The translations under genes and the position numbers were made by a program. The notes beneath the pieces are model-generated. The model did no database searches. It was not told the DNA's origin and saw only the letters and a program-made list of their open reading frames with translations. From Azolla caroliniana (taxonomy: Eukaryota; Plantae; Polypodiophyta): a stretch of 64,000 nt of DNA. Where the stretch lies: positions 17,794,001 to 17,858,000 of the forward strand of contig JBHGNT010000014.1 of the NCBI GenBank assembly GCA_043228905.1, given 5' to 3'. This document shows positions 1-11,825 of this stretch, piece by piece. Within the stretch, counting starts at the first letter, position 1. Each line of letters opens with the position of its first letter.

Positions 1-233
1 CGCCTGTGGCGAAGACAGTGAGCTCAAGGTTGTTGCCTTGTAGCTTCACCATTGTACATCTCTGTGTATAGTGATAGTTGGAGTTTGACGACTCCCGTGG
101 TTTTTCCCACTTAGGGTTTTCCACGCAAAACAACCTGTGTACTCTTCTCTCTATAGTCATAGTGCATTTTGTATTTCCTGTTTTCTGGAGTTGATCCTAT
201 TCCTCGGTTGTGGCCGAGCACTGTTTTTCAACA
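1..233 (+). mobile_element. 3' part of a Copia family-A LTR (cut by window edge), inserted in a Gypsy integrase
   Basis: Close match to the 3' portion of LTR 11058-11794 (CGCCTGTGGCGA...GGCCGAGCACTG...AACA). Integrase codons VERGHGP follow directly. Confidence 0.85.
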
Positions 234-1114
234 GGTAGAGCGCGGGCATGGGCCGCTTGTTAAGGCATTAGTACGCGCATGCGAAGGTCAAGTTGGGAGT
301 TGGTCGAGGCTCCTACCTTACGCACTATGGGCGAACCGAACTACGCATAGTTCGGTGACCGGGTTAATGCCGACGGAGCTGATGTACGGGCAGAAGCCGA
401 TCATGCCGGTGGAGCGGACGATTTCTTCCTGGGCAGTGGTGGATTGGAAGGACGAGATGAGCCGGGAGGAACTGTTGGCAGCGAGGATTCGACAACTCGA
501 GCGAAGATTGGAGGACGTGGAATGGGCTAAGGCGAGGCTGTACGCGGCGAGGGTGAGGAATAAGGGCCGGTTCGACCGAAGAAGATCGAGGAAGGTGATT
601 GGGTGTTGGTTTATGACAACAACCTCGACAATCAGTAGAAGGCGACGCGGAAGTTTGCGAGGAGGTGGTTTGGGCCCTATACCGTAACGAGCGCAAACGA
701 CAATGGTACTTACCACCTTGCGAAGCTCGACGCGACACAACAGCCTCGACAATCAGTAGAAGGCGATGCGGAAGTTTGTGAGGAGGTGGTTCGGGCCCTA
801 TACCATAACAAGCGCAAACAATAATGGTACTTACCACCTTGCGGAGCTCGACGCGACACAATAGCCTCGACAATCAACAGAAGGCGACGTGGAAGTTTGC
901 AAGGAGGTGGTTCGGGCTCTATACCGTAACGAGCGCAAACGACAATGGTACTTACCACCTCGTGGAGCTCGACACGACGCGGATAGCGGTGCTGGTAGCC
1001 GGGAAGAGGATCAAGGATTTCAAGAAGCAGCATGAAGACGAGCTGGACCCGGGAAGCGAGGACGACGATGACAACCGGTTCGAAGCGGGTGAAGTTTCGG
1101 AGAGCGACGGTTGA
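234..1114 (+). pseudogene. Gypsy (family B/G) integrase C-terminal half, degenerate
   Basis: VERGHGPLVKALVRAC...WSRLLPYALWANRTT...KFARRWFGLYTV matches the end of pol 30131..33514. It carries frameshifts and an internal triplication. Confidence 0.9.
616..978 (+). repeat. 121-bp tandem triplication within the integrase
   Basis: Units ACAA(C/T)A(A/G)CCTCGACAATCA...GCTCGAC(G/A)CGAC start at 616, 737 and 858. Confidence 0.9.
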
Positions 1115-1188
1115 CCGCGAGCCGGTTTTCTCCAACATTTGTCCTACTATGGCACATGCTGGTGGATGTGCGGTTTGGTGGGGGTGGA

Positions 1189-1891
1189 TGTCGTGAAGAA
1201 AACCGCCCTTAGGCAAAATCGGTGAAAAAGGGGTATGAACCGGCCCTTACGCGCGGGCACAAGTATTGAGATGGTGTACATAATTAACAATAGGCCGGCG
1301 TGATGTGCATATCCTTGGAAGGGTGTAATAATAAGCTAGTAAATCGAAGCGGATCTCTGTCCGAAGGGACAAAGAATAAAGGTAATGCGACAGGATGTAA
1401 CGGTTCCCCCCGACAGCCTATAAAAGGGGAGGGGAGAAGAAAGAAGAGATATCGCGTTTTGGCTAGGACAAGGTGCTGTCGGACTGGGAACCGAGCTCTT
1501 TCATCTGTCATTGTTTTCTGTAGGTTCTAAGTTAGTTGCCTCTGCTTCGAGGAAAGCCGTGTGCCTTCCGACAAGGCTCTATTGCGTGTGTGCATGGGTG
1601 TGTGGTTATCTGGGTTGGGTCTGTCGTTGGCTATCCGGTTCTAATCTTGCAAATAGTGTAACCTTTTTTGTTGTAAGAATCGAATATGTTGTTTTCCCTC
1701 TCTCTATGTTTCTGTGAGTCTCTCTTTTACACGAGTGTGCATCTTGTTCAGTTACGCGTTAGCGGTTCATTCGGCCCGTAAGCGTTGTTAGTGGCAAACA
1801 GGCCTACGCTTGTGCTTCTCTCCCTTGCTCCTCCGTTCAGGGCCCCCACGGTCCCGCCTTATTTCCTACGCGAAAGCGGAACAACATGACA
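1189..1891 (+). mobile_element. Gypsy family-B LTR shared by two tandem internal regions
   Basis: TGTCGTGAAG...TGACA, with G-rich PPT (GGTGGGGGTGGA) directly upstream, tRNA-Trp PBS directly downstream, and TATAAAAGGGG at ~1419. Confidence 0.85.
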
Positions 1892-1896
1892 TAATT

Positions 1897-1914
1897 TGGT
1901 GAACCCGACGTGAA
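1897..1914 (+). promoter_or_regulatory. Primer-binding site, tRNA-Trp
   Basis: TGGTGAACCCGACGTGAA is the reverse complement of the plant cytosolic tRNA-Trp 3' end (...TTCACGTCGGGTTCACCA, recalled sequence). Confidence 0.85.
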
Positions 1915-1931
1915 AGAAGGCGGCAAAGGAG

Positions 1932-2460
1932 TTGAAGATGAGGGGATCGGAGCTCGTCGAGGCTATGGCGGCAATAGTCGATCGGATAGTAAGTGCTCGC
2001 GAGGGCACGAGCGCCCTCGACAGGGCCATTGAAGCAATTGTCGGCACAGTAGGCCGGTTCGGAGGGAGGAACGCCACTAGCTATCTGGTGTCCTACCGAG
2101 CCGAGATGGTGATGAGAGACATCCCGGAAGATAGGCGGTTGGCTGGATTCCCTCGGATGGCAACACCGAGCATTCACGCGGAGGTGGTTGAGGTGCAGGC
2201 CGAATGCCGAACCTAGGAAGAGTTCGAGGGGCGGCTGCTCGAAAGGTACATGCTTGATGACACGCTTCGGTTATCGAAGCGAGATTTCATGGATTGGGTG
2301 GAGAACCCCGGAAAGGGGAGGAATGCGTTGGTGCTTCTCCGGGAGTTTGAAGAATGCTTTGCGCAGCTCTCGGCACTGGACAGAGCCGTGCTGCACATGA
2401 GCCATGTCTTGTTGTTTGTCAAAGCCGTGGACGCACGGGATCAAGATCGGGTGGGTTTAG
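1932..2460 (+). pseudogene. Gypsy family-B gag N-terminus, truncated
   Basis: MRGSELVEAMAAIVDRIV...SYRAEMVMRDIPEDRRLAGFPR matches gag 34916..35773. It has an internal stop and ends at a simple-repeat block. Confidence 0.85.
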
Positions 2461-2815
2461 GGTACACATACGTACATTCATACATGTACATACATATCTT
2501 CATTCATAGATTGCTACACATATATACGTACATATGCGTACAATGTTACATATACAAATTTTACAAACATACATACATTACACATGTACATATATATCAC
2601 CACATACACGAACATAGACACACACATGGTCATACACACAATAATAGTACATATATGCATACACATACATACATATTATGCACATATTATAAACACACAT
2701 CCAGACACATTAAATCATGTGCATTGACACATGCATATATGCATACCGGTACATACATACATATTCCACATATCACTATATATATAGGTCATACAGGGTC
2801 ATACAAATTACAATA

Positions 2816-2897
<82 letters not shown>

Positions 2898-3178
2898 ATA
2901 TATGTATGCTTACACATACATTGGATATAACATACATACATTACACATGTACATATATATCACCACATACACGAACATAGACACACACATGGTCATACAC
3001 ACAATAATAGTACATATATGCATACACATACATACATATTATGCACATATTATAAACACACATCCAGACACATTAAATCATGTGCATTGACACATGCATA
3101 TATGCATACCGGTACATACATACATATTCCACATATCACTATATATATAGGTCATACAGGGTCATACAAATTACAATA

Positions 3179-3250
<72 letters not shown>

Positions 3251-3810
3251 ATATATGTATGCTTACACATACATTGGATATATGCATGCATATTATGTGA
3301 TATTGCAAACATACATCCATATATGAACCATAAACATACTAAACACGATAAATACACCGAAAATATACATACATAAATACATTACATATTACATGTATAC
3401 ATATATATGCATTCGTACATGGACATACATATATTTATTTATACACTGCTACACGTGTATAGGTACACATGCCGACAATGATACTTGTATAAATGTTACC
3501 AACTTACATCCATACATGTACATACATACACACATACACACATACATACGTGCATATGTGTATATATGTATGTGGTGTGTGTTGTATGTGTGTATGTATA
3601 TATTGTATTGTATGCATGAATAGACACACATAACACATACACACGTGCCATACATATGATACATACATATGGACATGTAAAGAATATATACACACACACA
3701 TGCCATACATACGATACATTCAACACATGCAATACAATATAGTATGATCATACACACACATATATATATACACATGCAATACAATACATACATATGTACA
3801 TCAATAGAAA

Positions 3811-3846
<36 letters not shown>

Positions 3847-4115
3847 CGACATGATATATATACAATGTACATAATACATACATAAATACGTAGAAATATA
3901 GAAGACACACACACATACACACACATATAACACATATATACGTACACAGATGTGATACACACATTTAACACATACGTGCACGGACACATGCCATACATAC
4001 AATACATACATATGCACCTATATAGAACATACACACACATAACACATAGATACATTATACATGCACACATGCCATACATACAACACATGCAAGACAATAC
4101 AGTATGTACATACAA
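2461..4115. repeat. CA/TA-rich simple-sequence block with (AC)n tracts and a ~363-bp tandem duplication
   Basis: (AC)n at ~2820-2895, ~3183-3247 and ~3814-3842. The segment starting CACATGTACATATATATCACC at 2581 recurs at 2944. Confidence 0.95.
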
Positions 4116-4339
4116 ACTCTTGTAAGAGCAACATCCATCTAGCCAATCTCCCTATCAGTGATTATTTTGTTACTAAGTACAAAAGAGCCGAGTGATCGAC
4201 ATGGAACGTGAATTTTCGGCCGCGAAGATAGTGCCGAAACTTGGTAATGTTGTAGATCATGCCGGGCGCTTCTCTCTCCGTGGTCGAATAATTTTGTTCG
4301 GTAGCTGAGAGACATCGACTAGCATAGTAGACTTGCCGG

Positions 4340-4826
4340 TGTCGTGAAGAAAACCGGCCTTAGGTAAAATCAGTGAAAAAGGGGTATGAATCGGCCCTTA
4401 CGCGCGGGCACACGTATTGAGATGGTGTACATAATTAGGAATAGGCCGGCATGATGTGCATATCCTAGGAAGTGTGTAATAATAAGTTAGTAAATCGAAG
4501 CGGATCTCTGTCCGAAGGGACAGAGAATGAAGGTGATGTGACAGGATGTAACAGTCCCCCCCCCCCTGACGGCCTATAAAAGGGGAGGGGAGAAGACAAA
4601 AAAGATATCGCGTTTTGGCTAGGACGAGGTGTTGTTGGACTGGGAACCGAGCTCTCTCCTCCTCTGTCGTTGTTTTTTTTAGGTTTTGAGTTGGTTGCCT
4701 CTCCTTCGAGGAAAGCCGTGTGTCTTCCAAGAAGGCTCTACTGTGTGTGTGCGTGGGTGTGTGGTTGTCTGGGTTGGGTCTGTCGCTGGCTATCCGGTTA
4801 TAATCTTGCAAACAATGTAACCTTTT
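4340..4826 (+). mobile_element. 3'-truncated Gypsy family-B LTR
   Basis: Close copy of 1189-~1665, starting TGTCGTGAAG immediately after CCGG. Confidence 0.85.
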
Positions 4827-5283
4827 CTGACCAATTGAGTGGTTGCACAACTGTTGCTTGTGATAACGTGATCTTAAGAGCCTTATATGCTTCATCTTTT
4901 GGTGCCATCCCTTGAAAAGGCATTTTGTGAACCACCGCATGTAGCGGGGTCGCGAAATCAGCCAAATATCAAATGCATTCGGCTATGCTAGTGAATTTGA
5001 CCTAAAAATCGGAGAAGAGCCTTTGCGGTGGTCAGTGTTGGATCGGTCAAGATGGTATTTACTTGATTGGGGTCCATTGCTGGATACATTGAATGCACAT
5101 CTCGCCGAATTAAGGCTGAGCCGAGCTTGCTGACATTGTTCTAAGCACAGGTGTAACTGGTCGAGATGCTCCACTTGGCGGCCATAAACAACAAAATCAT
5201 CTAGAAATACTTGCATGAAGGCATGAATATACTGATTGAAAATCTCGGTGATGATATGCTGAAATGTGGAAGGCGCCTCTTTC

Positions 5284-5720
5284 TGTTGGGAGACAGGTCC
5301 CTCCGGATGGGAAGTGAGAAGAACAGTGCTGATGAGCAAACTTGGCTACGGAAGACCCGGTGGGAACCGGATGAGGTGTACCCGACAAGAGCCGGATGGT
5401 GAAGGCCCGGTGAGAAGTGCTCACCGGATGAAGGGACATATTCGTAAATATGTTTTTGAGAGTCCATCGAGGCTATATTTGTAAATAGCCGAAAAGTCAT
5501 ATTAGTATAAATAAGACTTAGGACAAACAGAGAAAGTATGATTTGTTGCTATTCTTGTTGGTGCAAGATTAGAGCGAAACAGTGTACAGAGAGAGTGAGA
5601 GAGAGGAAGAGGTCATTGCCTCTATTGTAACCGCCGCCTGTGGCGAAGATAGCAAGCTCGAGGTCATTGCCTCGGTGCTTGACCATTGTACATTGTGATA
5701 TAGTGATAGTTTGCAGTCTA
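5284..5720 (+). mobile_element. 3'-truncated Copia family-A-related LTR
   Basis: Starts TGTTGGGAGACAGGTCCCTCCGGATGGG and is similar to LTR 11058-11794 and 59122-59847. No CA end is present. Confidence 0.8.
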
Positions 5721-7190
5721 GTACCACGAAAACACGAAAACACCCCACTCTATCGCGAATGCTGTTTTCTCATGGTCCTTGGGGTGCATTCGGATCTGAT
5801 TATATGCATTGAATCCATCCGGAAAGTTGTACCTCTCGTGGCTTGCTACTGCATCTAACACATCGTTTGTTAAAGGAAGGGGAAATGCGTCAGTAATTTC
5901 TCCGCGTTCAATTTTTGATAACCAACGCACACCCGAATTTTGTCATTTTTCTTTGGAACGATGACGATTGGGCTAAGCCACGTGGCATGTTTCACGGGCC
6001 GAATGAACCCAACTTGGAGGAGTTTATCGATTTCTTCTTTGACCTTTGCCGCGTAATTGGGGTTCATTCTATATCGGCGCTGCTACATCGGTTGGTCATC
6101 TTGTTTAAGATGGAGTTGGTGTTGGTAGTATCAAGGAGCTAACTCTTTTATGGCGCTATACGACTAGGCAAAAACATCTTTGTAATCTGAGAGCAAATTT
6201 ACCAAGGCCGCTCGTTCATCGTGTGCGAGTTCTTTCGCTATTTTTAACGGCCGTGGGTCCTCACTTGTGCCAAGGTTGATTTCTTCGAGTGTTAAAGCTT
6301 TTACTCGTCGTGATATCACCAATTCTCTTTTGAGAGCTTCTCAAGCATTTCGTGGCTCATCCACCGATTTCTGGTTAGGTTCTCGGCTGACGTCCTAATC
6401 CTCCTCCGTTGCTTCGGAAACATACGAGTTAACATCTGCCACAATATCGATGTCGAATAGAGGTATTAGCGTCGGATGATCCTCAAGGAAGTTGTCGACT
6501 TCGTCATCTACTAATCCATCGAGCATATGGACACCTTATGTATATAGAGGGGTGGCATCGTGCACCTTGGTTTTCCCTTGTTAGAAAGAGATCATGTTGC
6601 GCTGCCAGTGTTGTTTGATATTTGCGGTGAATAACCATGGGCGACCAAGTAGCATGGGGTAGGCACCAGATCTTCCAACCGTAACACCACAACCGAGATC
6701 GTGAAGGTGTGGCCTCCGAGAACGAAATGAACCAAAATTCGGGTGCCGACACAAGAAAGTGCGCCAACAATGAAGGAGCTGACCCCATTGTATGCAGAAG
6801 AAATCCACATCTTAGAAGGCTTAGACGATGAAGAAGTGGATCACTACCTCGAAGAAAACCCGCGGATCGTACCTCTGTTCGAAGCGGATATTATCAAAAC
6901 GGCCGACGCGTACACAAAAACCACGATGGTCGAGGAAGACGGGTGCGAGCTGGATACATATGCGATCATAGAACTTCGACAAGCACATGAGGCGTTTGAC
7001 CAGGAAATGAAAGTCTCGTGGCAAGTCACAGTTTCGGCATTAGAAGAAATCAATTTTGAGACTATCGAGGAACCGTGACCCCCGAAAAAACGGCCAAAGC
7101 TGTTACGGGAATACAAGGATGTATTCGCCTAGTCGCACGAAGATATGAAGGGGCTCGACCAAAAATTTTACTAGCACCAAATACATCTAT

Positions 7191-7587
7191 TGTTGAGAAT
7201 CAAGCTCAACCTAGACTAGTGTGTGAACACACCTTTGCGAATCTTTGAGCACTCAAAGGTCAAAAGTCACACCACTATTCTCTACACATTAACTATGTGT
7301 CATAGAATCATATTCTATGACACATAACCAATGAGTTTCCACATTCCCCATGACCCATGAGCTTCGGTAGTTAATGAAGAGAGAGGGTGACTATATAAAG
7401 CACCCTCCTCCTACTTTGTAATCAGTCGATTAAATCTCGTTTGTAATATACAAATTTCTTAAGTATTCTATTTTCCATTATTCTATTCTATCTTGTGTCT
7501 CTCTCCTCTCCTCTTCTCAAACACACACACACACACAACACATCTTTAACCTATTCCGATGCACAAAATCACCACCTATTCTTTACA
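7191..7587 (+). repeat. Copia C 5' LTR
   Basis: Direct repeat of 56468-56864 with TG...CA ends. Confidence 0.93.
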
Positions 7588-7743
7588 TGGTATCAGGGCA
7601 ATTTGGTAGCCCGATCTAGCCCATCCGTGTGTGTTGTGTTCTACGCCGACGTTCAAGAAGAACCGGCTCATCGCTATCGTAGTGCGACTACATAGCTCGT
7701 TTCGAGAGAGAAGGAAAAGAAGAAAGAAATCTACATCGACATA

Positions 7744-10700
7744 ATGAATTCTCAAATGGGGAGCGCTCTCCCTAGCGAGAATTTGGATAGAAACAACTTT
7801 GCATCTTGGTAGTACAAGATGCACCAATACCTTGTCGGCCAAGGTAATTGGATCTACATCAAAGGAGCACAAGAAAATTGACCCGACCCAACAACTCCCG
7901 AATACTCAACACGGGAGAAGTCGCAAACCGAGTGATGTATTTCTTGGTGACATGTGTCCATGACCACATGCTCAACTACATTTGTGAAGCCAAGATGCCG
8001 AAGGAATTGTGGGGGAGTCTTAGGAAGATTTTCACGGCCAACACAACTGCAAAAAAGCTTCAACTCCACCAAGAGTTGAATAATATCCAACAAATGGATA
8101 TATACATCACAAGCTACACCTTGAAGATCAAGGAGCTTTGTGGTTCACTCGGCTTGATAAGCGTCAACGTGGAGGATGATGAGATGGTGCAACTATGCCT
8201 CGGCGGCCTTGCACTATGGTTTGGCGCAATGAGAACCCTCGTCCTAGCAAGGGAGAATCCTCCCTCTTTCTTCAATCTTTAATCCATGTTGTTGGTGGAA
8301 GAAAACCATGTTAGATCAAGGAGCAATGTCTCGGAAGGCCACATGCTCTACACACATTCGAACGAAGGAAGACGATGCGATCGAGCAAGAGACTGATTCT
8401 ACCAAGGATGAGGTAGACGAGCTCCGAACTATGAAAACAACTCCCATTACCGTCAAGACATTGGAAATTCGAGAGGAACGTTTAGAAGAAGGGGGAATTT
8501 CCATGTTGGTCCAAGCTAATAAAACTCAATCGAGTGTGGATATTGTGGCAAAATCGGCCACCACAAAGAAGAGTGCCGAAAGAAGAAGCGTGAGTGGGCT
8601 TCCACAAGCCGACAAAAAATTACCAATTATGCCACCAACTCCGACTATGAAGACCATGGCGAAATTTTTGTGATGAAACATAGAGAAAATTCTATGTCAG
8701 CTTCTACTTCGACTAGTGCCTCCAATCGGGAAAACGTATGGTTCGTCGACTCTGGTGCCTCGAACCATATGACATCTCATCAAGAATGGTTCCGAGATTT
8801 ACGAGAGACGGATCGACCTGGCTATGTCGAAACTGGAGACGACACTACTCATTCAATTCAGCATGTCGGCAATGTCCCATTCAAGAAAGACGGTGAACAA
8901 ACTTGCATAAAAAATGTCTTACATGTACCCACCATAACGAAGAATTTGGTCTCGGTCGGCCAAATTGTGGAGCAAGGGATGCAAGTTCGATTCAACCAAG
9001 GTGGTTGCTTCATCGAAAAGGAAGGTCAACTCATCGCTCGGGGTCAAAGGGAAGGTCGAATGTTTATCCTCGAGTCGAACGAGGTGAAATCAGCCATGTT
9101 TGCAAAGGGCCTGAAAACCGACACCGACATAGAGATATGGCATAAAAGAATCGGCCATATCAACCTCAACAAACTCAAGGCGATGCAATTGAAAGGAGTC
9201 ATCATTAAGCTCCCAACCTTCAAGGAGAAAGGTATTGAAGGAGTATATGAATCATGCCAATTCGGCAAGCAACATTGACACTGGTTCCCGAAGGAGAGGA
9301 ACGTGAGCAAATGCATATTGGACGTAGTCCACTCGGATGTGTGGAGGCCGCCATAGACAACCACATTCGGAGGATGTCGATACTATGTTACATTCCTCGA
9401 TGACTTCTCTAGATACACATGGATCTTTCCCATGAGGATGAAGAGTGAAGCGTTTACACACTTCCAAAACTCAAAAGAGAATTCGAAAAGACAACTGGCC
9501 GCCATGTACGATGTCTTTGGTCGAACGGAGGAAAGGAATACTTCTCTGATGCGTTCACGACATACCTTCGACAAGAAGGAATTCGGTGAGAATTCACATG
9601 CCGACACACACCGCAATAGAACGGTGTAGCCGAACGCAAGAATCGGCACATCCTTGAAGTAGCAAGGGCCATGCTAAACAAGAAGCATATGCCCAAGTCA
9701 TATTGGGCAGAAGTTGCAAATATTGCCGTCTACCTCATGAATCGGTGCACAACATCCGGAGTGCACGATGTAACCCCACACGAGAAGTACTATGGAAGGA
9801 AACCGGATCTATCCCATGTAAGGATATTCGGTTCAATTGCATACGTACACATTCCCGATGAGAAGAGACAGAAGCTTGACCCAAAATCGGAGAAGTGCAT
9901 CCTCATGGGCTACTCACTGGAGCAAAAGGGGTACTTGGAAGGTTCACGTAAGTGGGGATGTCGTCTTTGAAGAATCGGCATCATGGTACAAACCCGATCC
10001 GACTCCTCCTGAACCATCTACAAACGACCTCGACAACACAGAAGACAATGATCAACTAAGGTCAATACCTAAGGAGAGTCCGATCTCAACCAGATTGAGC
10101 GGACCACAAGAGCCTTGTTGGGTACTCGCTAGAGAAAAAGGGGTACAAGTGCTATAATCCATCTACCCGGAAAGTTCAAGTGAGTCGGGACGTCGTTTTT
10201 GATGAGTCGACATACTGGTACAAACTAGAGACGACTCCAACTCCAACCCCAGTCGACTCGAACTTGGCCAACCAAGAGATAGAAGATGAAGATGAACTAA
10301 GGCATATGTTCGAAGAAAGTCTGATCACGACTAGGCTCAGTATTTCAGAAGAGCCACCGAGTGACCAAAGCACATGTTGACCAAGTATGAAGATGGACAA
10401 AGGCAAGGCCAAAATGTCAGAATATGAAGATGATCAATTCGACAACAACGAATTGACTCACTCACTCGACGATGAGTTCGGTGGCTTTGATGTCCCCATC
10501 ATGAGGACACTTGGTGTAAAGAAAGCCATTGCCACAATAAATGAGAAACTCCGTCGCTCTACCCAAGAGAAGAATCCGGTTAGCCGATTCGGCTACAACG
10601 ACTATATGGCATACCACTATGCCTTTATGATGAAGGTGTCAACAGATCATGACCTGGAGAGCTTTTCCGAAGCCGCTAAAGATCCGCGATGGGTCGAAAC

Positions 10701-11032
10701 GATGAACGAGGAGATGCAAGCTCTCAGCAAGAATGAGACATGGGATCTCATCCCTCACTCAGCTCACATGAAGGCAATCTGTTGTAGATGGATATACAAA
10801 GTGAAGTAAAATGCCGATGGCTCTGTCAATCGCTACAAAGCCCGACTCTTAGCCAAAGGATACACACAAACACATGGAGTTGACTATGAAGAGACCTTTG
10901 CCCCTGTGGCAAAGATGATGACTGTTCGAACTATGATTGCACTTGCAGTAGTGAAATGGTGACACCTCCATGAAATGGACGTCAAGAACGCCTTTCTTCA
11001 AGGTGAATTAGAAGAGGAGGTGTACATGGTAC
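7744..11032 (+). pseudogene. Copia C gag-protease-integrase and N-terminal RT, with many stops and frameshifts
   Basis: WFVDSGASNHMT (protease), WHKRIGH (GAG-pre-integrase), WAEVANIAVYLMNR (integrase), EEMQALSKNETWDL and MDVKNAFL (RT). Confidence 0.9.
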
Positions 11033-11057
11033 CATAGTATGAACCATACGTAACATT

Positions 11058-11794
11058 TGTTGGGATTACGGTCCCTCCGGATGGGATGGTCAGATGTCCG
11101 GGAATCGGGAATGAAGACCCGAATGAGGAGTACCCGGTATCGGAACCGGATGATGAAGACCCGGTTTCGGATCCGGATGATGAAGACCCCGGCTACGGAG
11201 CCGGATGATGAAGACCCCGGCTACGGAGCCGGATGATGAAGACCCCGGCTATGGAGCCGGATGATGAAGACGCCGACTACGGAGCCGGATGATGAAGACC
11301 CCGGCTACGGAGCCGGATGACGAATGTACCCGGAGAGAGATCCGGATGCGGGGACATATTTGTGAATATGTTTGCCAAGGGCCCTCTAGGCTATATTTGT
11401 AAATAGCCCGAAAGTCATATATGTATAAATATGACTTAGGGCAAACAGTTGTTGTTGTTGCTCATTTTTCTGTTTTCCACTTAGAGGGAGCGAAGTGAGA
11501 GCAGCCGAGAGAGAGAGAGAGAGAGAGAAAGGAAGAGGTCGACGCCTCTGTGTAATACCGCCACCTGTGGCGAGGACAGCGAGCTCAAGGTCGTCGCCTT
11601 GCAGCTCGCCATTGTACATTCCCTATGCATAGTGATAGTTGGAGTCTGAGGACTCCCGTGGTTTTTCCCATTTAGGGTTTTCCACGTAAAACATCCTGTG
11701 TACTCTTCTCTCTATTGTCTTCGTGCATTTTGTATTTCCTGTTTTCTGTGAGTTGATCCTATTCCTCGGTTGCAGCCGAGCACTGTGTTTAACA
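11058..11794 (+). repeat. Copia A 5' LTR with 28-bp tandem array in U3
   Basis: CCGGATGATGAAGACCCCGGCTACGGAG repeated about 5 times, (GA)n tract, TGTT...AACA ends. Confidence 0.95.
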
Positions 11795-11825
11795 AACTGG
11801 TATCAGAGCAAGGTTAACACAGAAA

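Larger units (their letters stand above)
4116..6720 (-). pseudogene. Degenerate Athila/OTA-like Gypsy pol (post-protease region, RT, RNase H), interrupted by two LTR fragments
   Basis: Minus-strand peptides [50 protein letters not shown] and an RNase H segment (VYYASR...QNYSTTERE) are homologous to pol 45564..48524. Confidence 0.85.

Noticed and set aside
2250-4115. His/Thr- or Cys/Val-rich ORFs
   Set aside because: These are translations of CA/TA simple repeats.
11147-11320. 28-bp repeats as a CRISPR array
   Set aside because: The units are head to tail with no unique spacers, lie inside LTRs, and there are no cas genes.
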